Part shown: piece after piece, positions 37,666-63,200 of the stretch
How positions within the stretch are numbered: position 1 is the first letter of the stretch
Layout: every line of letters begins with the position of its first letter
Source: Octopus bimaculoides
Taxonomy: Eukaryota
DNA length: 64,000 bases
NCBI RefSeq assembly: GCF_001194135.2
Contig: NC_068986.1
Coordinates: 21,480,529 to 21,544,528, forward strand
Reading direction: 5' to 3'
Position numbers and translations under genes: made by a program
The notes under the pieces: model-generated
Seen by the model: the letters and a program-made list of their open reading frames with translations, nothing else
Told to the model about the DNA's origin: nothing
Databases searched by the model: none

Positions 37666-38582
37666 CCAGAGTCTTTCTCTCTCATACTATTTTTTCTTTC
37701 TGAGATTGTAGCAAGATTTAAAACTGAATCTATGAATTGCCAATTTAAAATGAGTTTAGTAACATCTTTTTCACATGATTGGTTGAGTAATGGACCAATC
37801 AGCAGCCAGATATCACATGATGCATCTTCCTAGAAGCCTCCAGAATATTCTACCAACAAGGCCTATAAATAGGCATGTTTTGAGCACCAAATTTCAGTTT
37901 GTTGCTGTCTGCAGCTAAGCTAACCACATACTCATTTTTGCTGCTTTTGCCAGCCACTTCATCAATCCTTTCTCTTATATCATTCCTCAGGAATTCTCCC
38001 TTTGCTTTGCTTTTTCTGCAGTTGTCAACTATGGTTATTCAAAAAGAATATCAACTGAATCAACCTCACTGTCCTGGTCTTGGAGGGCTTGCAAAACACA
38101 CAGGCATAACCCCTTCTTCCAGCTATGTGTGTATAAGTGTGTGCATTGCCTACAAATATCAATCATTGGCCTCCATAACAAAGTCTGAAGATTTATTAAT
38201 TTTCTTGGGGAAGATACAGCAGTGGATCCTGTTGTCTTCCACCAGTGTATTTACAGTTTAAGTCTGCAAGTCTCCTGCTTTCTCAAGTTTACCCTTGAAG
38301 CACAGTGCCTAGAGATCCTAATTTGGGTAACCTCGGGAATATTTGCAAGTATAAGGGTAAGTTATAAAGTAGTGCAATTTTTATTTGCATTACTTTCTGG
38401 CAGAAAAAAATAAAACATTTAAAAAAAATTTGACAGCATATTTTATATGTCTGTTTCAGTCGGTAACACATCAAGGCACACACACACATATATATGTATA
38501 TATATAGGAAATATTCTCAATATAAAATAGTGTACATGTAAACACAAAAGAAAACTGCCTTCAACAGGCAGTTTTTACACGC

Positions 38583-38616
<34 letters not shown>

Positions 38617-38879
38617 AAGAGAGATAGCATAAGAAACACGATACAAAGGGACATAACAAAGAGATACGTCTGTATATTTCAAGTTACCTCCCTTGAATCT
38701 AGTTCGGCTTGACTCGAAGCTAAAAGAATTGGAATTGCTAAACGTCCATCCTAGCAAGCAAAAAAGTGGACGTAAAACGATAATGAATGAATAGATAACT
38801 AAAAGATTTCTGTTCTATGTTATAGAGATAATGTTATTTTCCAAGACTGTGCTTGAAAAAGAAATTATAATTGAGTTGT

Positions 38880-39335
38880 CAAGGCTATTTTTTTTTATCG
38901 TCAGCAGTGGAGGCTATTTTCTTTTATCGTCAGAGAGCGTAGCTGCTAGAATAATAGGCAGGGCGAAGTTCAGAGAGATTCTACCTTTGTCGGTTACAAA
39001 GGGCCTCTCTCTTAGGGTGAAAGGCAGATTGTATGATGCCTGTGTGCGAACAGCCATGCTACATGGCAATGAAGCATAGGCTGGCAGAAGACATGCGATA
39101 CTACGCTGCGTTGGACGGGCAATGTCAGTGTGCATGTACGACAGAGATTAAGCGTCTTGAAAGAAAAAGTTGGGCATAAGAGGCATCAGATGTGGTGTGC
39201 ATGAGGAATGACTGTTGGTACGGTCCTGTGATGCGTATGGATGAGGACAGCTGCATAAAGAAGGGCTGATCTCTAACTGTGGAGGGAACACGTGGAAGAG
39301 GTAGACCCAGGAAGACATGGGATGAGATGGTAAGC
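38880..39335 (+). mobile_element. RTE-clade LINE 3' fragment
   Basis: KFREILPL...GLSLRVKGRLYDACVRTAMLHG; GTRGRGRPRKTW. Confidence 0.85.
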
Positions 39336-39344
39336 ATAATCTCT

Positions 39345-39605
39345 AAATATGGAGATCAGCACTTCTTTATGCAGCAGTCCTCATCCATATGCATCACCAA
39401 CAGTCATCTCTCTTGCACACCACATATGATGCCTCTTATGCCCCATTTTTCTCTCAAGACGCTTACTCCCTGTTATACATGCTCACTGACATCGCACATC
39501 TAGCACAGCATAGTATTGCATGTCTTCTGCCAGCCTATGCTTCATTGCCATGTAGCATGGCTATTCACACACAAGCATCATACAATCTACCTTTCACTCT
39601 AACAC
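39345..39605 (-). mobile_element. Inverted second copy of the same RTE fragment
   Basis: Reverse complement of 39005-39260, including a 44-nt exact match. Confidence 0.85.
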
Positions 39606-40070
39606 TAGACTATGCTGTACCATGTCATTGGCATCGGTCACAACTACAATTTCTTTCACTTGGCTTGATGAGTCTTCTCAGGTACAACAAATTGCCAAAA
39701 GTTGCAATCACTTGTCATCGCCTGGACTAACCTCTTTATCCATAGCCACCTAGTGGCTTCTGCAGCTTCAGTAATGGAATTTATGGCTCTCTTCTTTGCA
39801 GCATCAATAACTCCAAACCCAATCAGAGAAAATCTACCTCAATGAATTTTAACCCATGCAAGCATAGAAAAGCAGATGTTATAATGATGATTTAGTCTGC
39901 AAAGCATGACAGCATTTCCAGTCTGACTTGCCATCTAGGGTACTGAGAGAAATCTCTAAATGGTCGTTCAATCTACTTGAAATAGGAGACTGCTCTTCCT
40001 CAAATAATGTCCTCCTAGTTTCATCAAAGATAGTCACAGTGGATAATGTAGTTCTAGACAAATCGTCATG

Positions 40071-40395
40071 GAGGTGCATAGTTCAGTAGTTAGAGCATTG
40101 GGCTCACAATCATGAGGTATTGAGTTTGATTTCTGGACCAGGCTGTTTGTTGTTCTAGAGCAAGAGACTTTATTTCATGTTGCTCCAGTTCACTCAGCTG
40201 TAGAAATGAGTTGTGATGTCACCGGTGCCAAGCTGTTTCAGCCCTTGGATAACATTGGTGGCATGGAGAGGGGAGGTTGGTAGGCATGGGTGACTGCTGG
40301 TCCTCTATAAACAACCTTGCCGAGACTTGTACCTTGGAGGGTAACTTTCAAGGTGCAATTCCATAGCTATTCATGACTGAAGGGGGTCTTTACCC
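40071..40395 (+). mobile_element. tRNA-derived SINE family G (second copy at 56726-57060)
   Basis: cagtagttagagca A box, cttgagcaagacacttt-type core; the two copies align end to end. Confidence 0.85.
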
Positions 40396-41194
40396 CAGAT
40401 AATCTTAGAAATAAGACAGTATGAGCATTGCGGGTATGCTGATGATCAACTCAACTGGAGCTGTATAACTTACACAGTGATATAATAAAAACATGTATTT
40501 CTATATAACTGTAAACAGAGACATTTAGCAAACAGGATATAAACAGAAAATAGGAAAATGAGTTTATCAGAAATAAGCTCTAAGTACACCTTCTTTCTTG
40601 GTTCCTATTTAGCCAATATTCATGTTTATATCCAATGTAGAGAAAATTGATTGAACAAAATCCACATTCATGACAATCACCATCATCATTGATGGAGTGG
40701 AAAGAATTCGTTTGAGAGAGGTTTTCATGACTGGATACCCTTCCTGTTGCTAACCCTCACCTGTTACATTCCCCTTAGCCAAACATGTTTGCACAGAACA
40801 CAAGTAAATGACACAACTTGTATGACATTGAAGCTTACAGCTACAACACAATGCCAAGACAAGGTCTCACACACACACACAAAGGGTCTTTTAGTTTTTG
40901 TCTACCAAATCCACTTACAAGGCTTTGGTCAAGCATGGAGTTATAGTAGAAGACACATGCCCAAGGCACCACACAATGGAACTGAATTCAAAACCATGAG
41001 ATTAGGAAGCAATTCTTAACCACATAGCCATGTTTTCAAATTCTTTGTACAATGTAAGCTTAATAAATTTTGAAGAAATAATTTTGTTAATCAGAAAATC
41101 TCTAAGGTAGAAATAACTTCAAAAGGGCCAAACAAAAAAAAAAAAAATTCGTTTGTGACAAAATAACACAAAAATAGAAAAAAGATGGTAAACA

Positions 41195-41200
41195 TTTATT
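41195..41200 (-). terminator. Candidate polyadenylation signal AATAAA for PSMC4
   Basis: tttatt on the plus strand, 33 nt past the stop codon. Confidence 0.5.
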
Positions 41201-41232
41201 AAAAAGAAAATTATCCATTATAAAAGAGGTAT

Positions 41233-53815
<12,583 letters not shown>

Positions 53816-53828
53816 ATTTCGTTATTAA

Positions 53829-53860
53829 CCGGAAGTAATGACGAAATGACGTCACTTCCT
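53829..53860. promoter_or_regulatory. Bidirectional promoter core between PSMC4 and CLHC1: ETS site CCGGAAGT (53829-36), half-CRE TGACG (53839-43), CRE TGACGTCA (53847-54), reverse ETS core ACTTCC
   Basis: Exact motifs in a CpG-enriched patch 14 nt upstream of the PSMC4 ATG; candidate plus-strand donor CAG|gtttgt at 53936/7. Confidence 0.65.
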
Positions 53861-55344
53861 GGTAACTTAGACTGTTTATGCTATGACTTCCCTGACTTTG
53901 ATGCATGCCGAGTATTGTGTACATTATTTGAGACAGGTTTGTGTTTTGTTTTTAGTAGTTGTGTGAAATTATATCGATAATAGCCCAGAATAGTGATGTC
54001 TCTTCAGTGAAAGCATTTTTAGTGCCTCTTAGAGACAAATTTGTGATATATATTTTTTTAAAGTTCGATATTTTTCGTTTTACTTTTTACCCGATGCCAC
54101 CAAAGAAAGAGCCTAGCAGCTGAAACTAGTTCAAATTGCCTACGGTCGATAAGAAACTACAAATGGAACCCTGCTGCAGGTGAAAGGTAATTCAGATCTC
54201 GCTGTCCCACTCAGGCGAAGCGTACAGGCTAAGGGACAAAACGCTTATGACCCTGAGATACCTAATGATGATACAGAATTGTCTCCAACATTGCGATGGA
54301 TTTAGAACTTGCAAAAACCTCTGAGTAACTCCTGCAATTTTTGTTAGAGCAAAGCATCTCCGTTGTTTATTTCTCTTGAACCAGTTATATACTATTTATA
54401 GAAATTATCAACTATATCCCCTCCAAGTATCCTATTCAATGAAATATTTTCTGATCTGTTTAAGTATGTTAATTTAGTTGTTTTTCTTTCTCCCGGTGAA
54501 GGAAATGCAGAAAATAGTCAAGTGCTTCTTGGCGATCTGAACTACAAAAATACTTTTAGATTTGCAGGTTTACCTCTGAATTATATAAAAAGAATGATTA
54601 CTGAGGCAAGCATCCTACTACATGCTAAAACTGTTTTTGTGGGATAATAAATTAAATCCACTTTAGTTAAATAAGCCGTACTAACAAGAAAATAACATTA
54701 ATAAAAATTTTTTAAAAACACATTAATATTCATAGCGTAGGCGTGACTGTGTGGTTAAGAAGCTAACTTCCCTACCATGTGGCTCTGGGTTCAGTTCCGT
54801 TGGGTAGCATCTTGGGCGACAGTAAAGAATACACACACCTGGTGTTTAGGATTAGGGTTTTTGTTGCGCCGAAAATGGGTGATGTGCGTATTTTTTACCT
54901 TCACTGCATGTAGTATAATTAATTGATAAAGGAAATATGGCATGATAATCATAGCAAAATAGCCAGTGTCCACTTATTGCAAATTAAAACTTCTGCTATG
55001 CATATCAGGATTTAAAAGATTTTCCAAGTTAACTTGTTTCTACGTAATTTAATTTATTAAATAATGTATTAATGTATTAAATAAAACTTCTGGCTATTTA
55101 ATGTAACAGATCTCTGCTAGAGTGTTGCTTTCAAGAGAAATTATATAATCTTGTTTTGTTCAGACGAAAGTTGGATATTGATGTATAAGTTGTCATTTGA
55201 TCATCTTTTCATACTGGCATGAGTTAGAGAGTTCACAATTTTGCATTTGGCCGGGCATCCAGCTGTAAAAACTATGCCAAAGCAGACAGTGAAGCTTGGC
55301 ATAGTCGTTTGGCTTACCAGCTCCTGTCAAACTGTACAAAACAC

Positions 55345-55810
55345 ATGGCCATATCAGCACAGTCACCTCTCTTGCACACCACATTTGATGCTTCTTACGT
55401 CCAACTTTTCTCTCAGGGCACTCACACTCTGCTGTGTATGCACACTGACATTACACATCCAGCGGATCATACTAGCTTCATTTCTTTCAAGCCTACGCAT
55501 GTACTCAGCATTCATGGTCCATTTTTCACTGCTGTGTAGCAAGGCAGTTTGCACACATGCATCATACAGTCTACCTTTCACTTTGAGAGCGAGAGGCCCT
55601 TAGTTGCCAGCAGAGGTAGGAGCTCCCTGAACTTTACCCAGGCTATTCTTACCCTAGTCACTACACTTTCAGAGCAACCACCCCCATTACAAACTTGGTT
55701 GCCTAGGTAGCAGAAGCTATTAACTACTTCTAGTTTCTCCCCCTGGCATGTGATAGAATCAGTTTCCTGTACATCTTCAGTGTTTATTGTCCCAGTGCAT
55801 CTGCCACACA
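55345..55810 (-). mobile_element. RTE-clade LINE fragment
   Basis: LEVVNSFCYLG...RVRIAWVKFRELLPLL; KGRLYDACV...RLERNEASMIRWMC. Confidence 0.88.
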
Positions 55811-56398
55811 AAGACTATTTTCCCGGTTAACCTTCCTAAGGCCAGCAATTTCAGTGGAGTGAGGGGCAAGCAGATTACATTGACCCCAGTACTCAAATTA
55901 TATTTATTTTACTGACCCCCCAAAAGAACAAAAGGCAAAGTTGATCTCGGTGGAATTTAAACAAAGAATATGAAGACAGATGAGATGAAGCTAATCCTTT
56001 TTGCCTGGCATGCTAACGATTCTGCCAGCTGGGCACCTTACAGATATTCATTATTAGTGATAATTAAACAGTATTAATTGAAAATTAGCCTATCTGCAAA
56101 CATACTTGAAAGCCTTACTAAGCTGCAGTATTCATCTTATCTCAGCGAGGATATTTGCTGCTGAAGAAGCTAACAAGCAGAAATCTAGATCCAGCAATTC
56201 CATCTCCAATGCATGGCAACCTTTGCTTGATGCTGATATTTTGTTGTTTTCTGACACTCCGTCTCTTTAATAGATACTTTCTCAAGACAAATTCTGCAGT
56301 AAAACCTTTCAATGTATACAAATTGCTAATTTTGAACTAACACTGCTTCTATCACTAGTAATGAAACACTATATTTTCCTGTTTTATTTTCAGAAAAA

Positions 56399-56608
56399 AT
56401 GCCAGTTACTTGGCATCACAGTTTTGCTCCTTCAGTCTCTTCCATTTGTTCCTCCTTAAGAAAGAACTATTCTCACATTGAGGCAAAGACAGGCTTAGAT
56501 GTCTACTTCATAAAAGAACTGGTCTGTTTCATTGAATCAGAATTTAAAGAAGTAGATGAAGATGATCATGAGCAGAGATTCATTGTATTTCAAAGAGCAT
56601 TTAATATG
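56399..56608 (+). CDS. CLHC1: CLHC1 first coding exon (MPVTWHH...FQRAFNM)
   Basis: Acceptor ttttcag| at 56393, donor ATG|gtttgc, 70 codons. Confidence 0.8.
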
Positions 56609-59600
56609 GTTTGCAATATATATATTTCTACTTTCTAACACTTCATCTCTATAATAGATACTTTCTCAAGACAAATACACTTTAAGTATGTATACAGATT
56701 ACTAATTTTGAACTAATACTGATATGAAGGCATATGGCTCAGTGGTTAGACCATTGAGCTCACAATCACAAAGTAGTGAGTTCAATTCTTGTATCAGGTT
56801 GTGTTCTTGAGCAAGACACTTTATTTCAAGTTGCTCCAGTTAACTCATCTGTAGAAATGAGTTTTAATGTCACTGGTGCCAAGCTGTATCAGTCTTTGCC
56901 TTTCCCTTGAGTAACATCAGTGGCATGGAGAAGAGAGGTTGGTATGCATGGGCGACTGCTGGTCTTCCATGGACAACCTTGCCCAGACTTGTACCTTGGA
57001 GGGGAACTTTCTAGGTGCAATCCCATGGTCATTCATGACCGAAAGGGGTCATTACCCTTTTTATATATTGATACATTTTCATTGAAAATTATTATCATTT
57101 TATTATGTATTTATTTCATTACACTGCATTAATTGTATTTGTCCCTTGCCATTGCCCAGTGACAAGATGCAAATCAGTTTATGTATAATCGACCGAGACC
57201 TTTGGAAATGTGCTGTGCGTGAGAAGACCCGGCAAGCCAAGTAAGATCGTTGCCAGTGCCCCTGGACTGGTTCTTGTGCGGGTGGCACATGAGATGCACC
57301 ATTTTGAGCGTGGCCGTTGCCAGTACCGCCTGACTGGCTCCTGTAGGATTTTCGAGCGAGATCGTTGCCAGTGCCCCTGGACTGGCTTGTGCGGGTGGCA
57401 CATAAAAGACACCATTTCGAGCCTGGCCGTTTTCGTGCGGGTGACACGTAAAAGCACCCACTACACTCTCTGAGTGGTTGGCGTTAGGAAGGGCATCCAG
57501 CTGTAGAAACTCTGCCAAATCAGACTGGAGCCTGGTGTTGCCATCCGGTTTCACCAGTCCTCAGTCAAATCGTCCAACCCATGCTAGCATGGAAAGCGGA
57601 CGTTAAACGATGATGATGATGATGATGATGATTAAAACAACAAGAAATTGTTAATCACAAAAAAATTCTTTTCATTATTTTGAAATAGGAATAGTTTTAT
57701 AAAATGTCATTAAATAGTATAAAGGTATATAAAACTCTATCTTCAGATATTCATTGCTTGACTTGTCAATGTAACATGACATCTCTTTCCAGCCCTACCT
57801 GATCCCTCCCATCCTCTCTTCTCAAATGTAAGAAATCATGTAGCTTCTTTATAACAAGAAACACCTGTTTTGCTCTGTTCCTTTCTCAAAGTTTAATCTC
57901 CTAGCATACAGTCACTCATCTCAGGGTTTGTAGTCTTGCATGGCACCCAGTAACCTCACTAGTGCTCACTGGTAACAGCAAAAGCACCCAGTACTTACTG
58001 TAAAGTGGTTGGCATTAGGAAAGGCATTCAGCTGTAGAAACCCTGCCAAAGCAAACCCTGAAATCTGATGCAGTTCTTGGATCAAATATATCCTGTCAAA
58101 CTATCCAGTCCATGCATGCATAGAACATAGATGTTTAATGATGTTGATGATAATCTCCTCCAGCAATCACTGTACTTAAAAAGCATTAGGTTTTACAGAT
58201 GTTTCCATGTGTTGTAATTACAAACAATAATCAATATTACATAATTAATGTAGAGTATATCTATTCAAGAGCAAAAGTTCATTTTTCTTTCTAAATGTAA
58301 AATATATTTATCTCAAATTTCTACAGAACTACTTGATTTGTATCAGAAAATAGAAGAAAACACATTTTTGACAAAATTTAATTTGTACCAATCAGATTTT
58401 TTATTTAAATCTAACCATTTTGCTTAAATTTCAGGTAATTGAACATGTCCAAAATTATAAATTACTCTTGACATCAATAAAAAAAGAATACGAAGATGTG
58501 ATTGAGACTCTTCGCTATGCCAAACAACGAAATCCGACACTCAAAACCCAAATAATTAGATTATCTACTCAGGGTTCAACAATTCACAATTTTAAAGTGA
58601 GAATTTACCAGCTTCAAGAATTGTAAGTTATAATCTTCCAGATTTAGAAAATAGACAGACATAGTTTTATGGGTAGTACTCTTTTACTCTTTTTTACTCT
58701 TTTACTTGTTTCAGCCATTTTGACTGCGCTCATGCTGGAGAACCGCCTTTTAGTCGAGCAAATCGAGCCCAGGACTTATTCTTTGGAAGCCTAGTACTTA
58801 TTCTATCGGTCTCTTTTGCCGAACCGCTAAGTTACGGGGACGTAAACACACCAGTATCGATTGTCAAGCAATGTTGGGGGGACAAACACAGACACACAAA
58901 CATATACACACACATACATACATATGTATATATATATATATACATATATACAACAGGCTTCTTTCAGTTTCTGTCATCGAAATCCACTCACAAGGCTTTG
59001 GTCAGCCTGAGGCTATAGTAGAAGACACTTGCCCAAGGTGTCACGCAGTAGGACTGAACCCAGAACCATGTGGTTGGTAAGCAAGCTACTTACCACACAG
59101 CCACTCCTGTGCCTATAGTACGATTATTATTATTATTATTATTATTATATAAAAAAACGTGTTGTTACACTTAGATGTGCATGCTTGCATTTATTTTGGT
59201 TAATCCTCTCTGCACAGATTAAGTTTTTGCTGATAATGTAATATGTAAATCAGTTCTTGTAACCACTTTCTTTTGATCAGTCAACATAAAATGTGTATAC
59301 TATGCTATTTTCCAGTGGAGTTATGATAATCTTTGTCTCTTTTGACCCCATAAAGACACAATTTCCAGCACATGTAAAAAATACAATTTTGTACTTCATG
59401 CTGGTATGGATTGGACAGTTTGAAACTATCCAATGTATCCAAGGACTGCATCAAGCTCCAATGTCTGTTTTAGCATGGCTTTTACTGTGACATGCTCTTC
59501 TGAATGCCAATCATTTTACAGCAGAGACTGGGTGCTTTTTTGTGCTACCTGTATTATTGAGGTCGCCATACAGTTTGAAGGACTACATGCCCTGGAAGAA

Positions 59601-60221
59601 GTGGGAGAGGTATGTGTGTGTGTATGTGGAAGGGGAGTCGGTTTCATACCAGGAGATGAGGGGTAGGGGCTGAGCAGGTTCCTGTGGAGGGATCTGCATG
59701 AAAGCGACATTCTTTTGGATAAAATAAAAAGAGCATTTTTTCATTGAATAGTGTCTGATTTATTTTGTAGACTAGCTATACAGAGAGGTCATAACAAAAA
59801 CCTTGAAAAGAAACGAGATGAATTATTCAATAGAAGCCCAGATTGTCTGAAATTTATGGAAAAAAAGAACCAAACAAATGAAAAGGGCTTGGATAAACGA
59901 GTGATTCCAGGTGAGTTTATTTATTTTTTTCTAATTTTTTAAAATATTTATTTTAATCAATAATGAAAAATTCTTAATCTCTAACTCATCACACACCCCG
60001 TCAGGGGTGTCACAAAGTAAACCAGGCCTTGCCGTCCACTAAAGAAAACACATAGTAAATAATCCATAAGCACTCAACCAAACTGAGTTGTCAACTTGTT
60101 CCATTTGCCAAAAGGTTTGCAAGGCACCAGCAGGCCTCAGGAGACATGTTTGTGTCCATAGAACATGATAATGCTTTAATTTACTGAACTCTCATTTGCT
60201 GTTCACAACAAGAGAATCCAT

Positions 60222-60289
<68 letters not shown>

Positions 60290-63200
60290 AGTGGTTATAT
60301 ATATATATATGTGTGTGTAGTGGTTAGGATTCCTGGCTTTTACCCAGGCAGCCCGGGTTCGATTCCTGGCATGGAAATGCATGCTTTATAGGCACAGGAG
60401 TGGCTGTGTGGTAAGTAGCTTGCTTACAAAACATATGGTTCTGGGTTCAGTCCCACTGCATAGCACTTTGAGCAAGTGTCTTCTGCTATAGCCTTGAGTC
60501 AACCAAAGCCATGTGAGTGGATTTAGTAGGGGAAAACTACAAGAATCCCATTGTGTGTGTCTGTGTTTGGCCCCCCACTGCCACTTGACAACCGATGTTG
60601 GTGTGTCTACGTCCCCGTAGCTTAGCGGTTCAGCAAAAGAGACTGATAGAATAAGTACTAGGCTTACAAAGAATAAATTCTAGGGTCACTTTGTTTGACT
60701 TAAGGTGGTGCTCCAGCATGGCCGCAGTCAAATGACTGAAACAAAAGAGTAAAAGAGAAATACACACACACACACACACACACTGATGCGCACAGGCATG
60801 GCTATGTAGTAAGAAGTTTGCTTCCTAACTACAAAGTTCCAGGTTCATTCCCACTGCATGACACTTTGGACAAGTGTCTTCTTCTATAGCCCTGGGCTTA
60901 CCAAAGCCTTGTGAGTGGATATGGTAGATAGAAATGAAAAGAAGCTCATTGTGTGTGTGTGGGTGTTTTTATCACCTTGTTTTGATATTGTGTGGTAGTT
61001 GTAAGTGCCACTGTCATGTAAGCAGTGTCATTCATTTCCAATATTTTGTGTTAAGATATCTGGCAACAGAAAATTTGTCTCAAGAAATCATATCCATCCA
61101 ACCCATGCAAGTATGGAAAAATGGATGTTAAAAGGATGATGATGATATCTTATTTTAGAGAAAGACGATAAATAAATTCGTATTTGGAATAACGTATTAA
61201 GATTTTTTTGTTATATTACATAACTTTATTCATATCTGGTTTCTGAAATCTGTTCATATGTTATCCATTTCTATATAATCATTTTTCCCTAGGTATCACA
61301 CTTGAGCAGTCTACAGATGTAAATTATCTGAATTCTATTTTAAAGAAAGTAACCAGGTGTGTGAAAGACATGAATTTAAAATTAAAGACAAAATATGTTC
61401 CAAAATCTGAGAAGCACAAATTGAAGAACTTATTGAAAGCAAAGATAACAGAAAGAGACCAGTTGATTAATGAAGGCCATTACTTGAAGGCCAAAAGGCA
61501 AAGAATCAAAGTTGGCTATGAAGCAGCACTGGCATATAATGACATACGACCTCCCCATTGGTCTGTTGGTGACATTGTGGCACACGCTTTGCGTTTATCT
61601 GTTGATACCACAATTGATGAAAAAGGTCTGTTTTAAGAATTTTTCTCTTTTTTGTTTTGCATTTCTGCATTTCAATTCATGTCCTCAAAATCAATGAAAC
61701 AATTTGTTTTACTCTCACTTTACAGTTTCTTACTGTATAGTGGAAACTGTAGAGAGTGGGAGTGTCCCATCCTCATTTGTTTAACATCCATGTTCCATGT
61801 TGGCATGGGTTAGCTAAACATTTATGAAAATCATTTCTGGCCATGAGGAAATATTACCCTGCTTTTGGAAACAGGTGAGGGTTGGCAAAAGGAAGAGCAT
61901 TTGGCCATAGAATATCTGCCTCAACAAATTCCCTGTGACCAATGCAAGCACAGAAAAGAGTATATTCTAGGTTATAGAGCTTGCAATACAGGTTCAGTTT
62001 TGGGTTGAGCTATTTCATTTCAGAGATGTATTTGTCTGGCAAGTGACTTAATCTGAGACAGTTTGTTGAAGCTAAAACAATTACAGTGATGAAGACACAT
62101 GTTAACCATTCAGATGTACTCAAAAACTGTTAACTTCATTTAAACATTATTTGATGAAAATTTTGACACCAAATAATAAATATTTAAGTGAAGTTAACAG
62201 TTTTTGTGTGTTTTTGAATGGCTCTGGAGGTACCAGAGTATGCAGTAAGTGAAAATACTGGAGGTGCAAGTGAAGTGGTGGTGGATTTCATCACATCCAT
62301 GGTATACCAGAGTTCATCTTAAATTTTCAAAGCATCGAGTGTTTGAGAGGCATGTCTTGTCCTGCACATGATTTCAGTTCTTTGCAGGATTTATCTTTGG
62401 GTTGATTTAAGTTCAGGTTTTCAAGCTAATAAGATAGTTACAGTGTTTTCTCTGCTTACACTAATAGATTTTACCTTGCCATAGTACATGCAGCCTCATT
62501 TATCACTAATTTGTTCATCACTGATCCAACATGACACAGTACATTCAATTATGAACCATGTTACACTTATCTCAGATTGATCTGTGATAACATGGATCAG
62601 TCAAAGATTTTGCATGTACCCCAAAATTAACCCCCAGAGCTCAGTTACCTAAAATGCACTGACTATTGGTTGTGTATACTTGACCATGCTGCAATGCTAC
62701 ATATTTTTTATATGAATTTATGTACTCATACCCATCAACGTGAGATAAGGGAATAGAAAAAAATGCAAAGTTGCCTGATCGTAATAAATGATGCAGATAA
62801 GTATTTTCTCTACAGGGAAAAGGTAGAGAAGATTGAGAAAATATGTGACAATGGTAGCTTCACTGCTGTGGGTTGTGAGTTTGAAATCAATGAATTTACC
62901 ATTTGTTCTGTTTACAAAGTGCATGAAGATAATTCATTTATTGCTATTTTCTTTTAACCAAACCCCGGTGATAAACGATGACAGATGTACTAGTTTTAAT
63001 TTAGGAATATTTGGCAGTGAATATTGTATCTCTTGGCAAAACATTCTTCATTAAAATAAATACATCTGTGATTAAATGTTTAAGTAAGTTACTAGTATTT
63101 AAAAAGATATTATTTATCCAATAATACAATTTTAAATAGATTCTTAAAAACTGAATCATTTGTATATATTGTGTATTTTAGACAACACATTGTATGCAGT

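Noticed and set aside
40525-40635. Interrupted inverted repeat (ggatataaaca/tgtttatatcc, aaatagga/tcctattt)
   Set aside because: Large asymmetric bulges and AT-rich; not a convincing miRNA precursor
57240-57450. Repeated 25-45-nt units resembling a CRISPR array
   Set aside because: Internal sub-repeats of the family B retro-repeat in a eukaryotic intron; no unique spacers or cas genes
62816-62870. Good acceptor inside the Tigger-like remnant as a possible CLHC1 exon
   Set aside because: Gives a stop within three codons in the incoming phase, the donor is weak, and the flanking exons already join in frame
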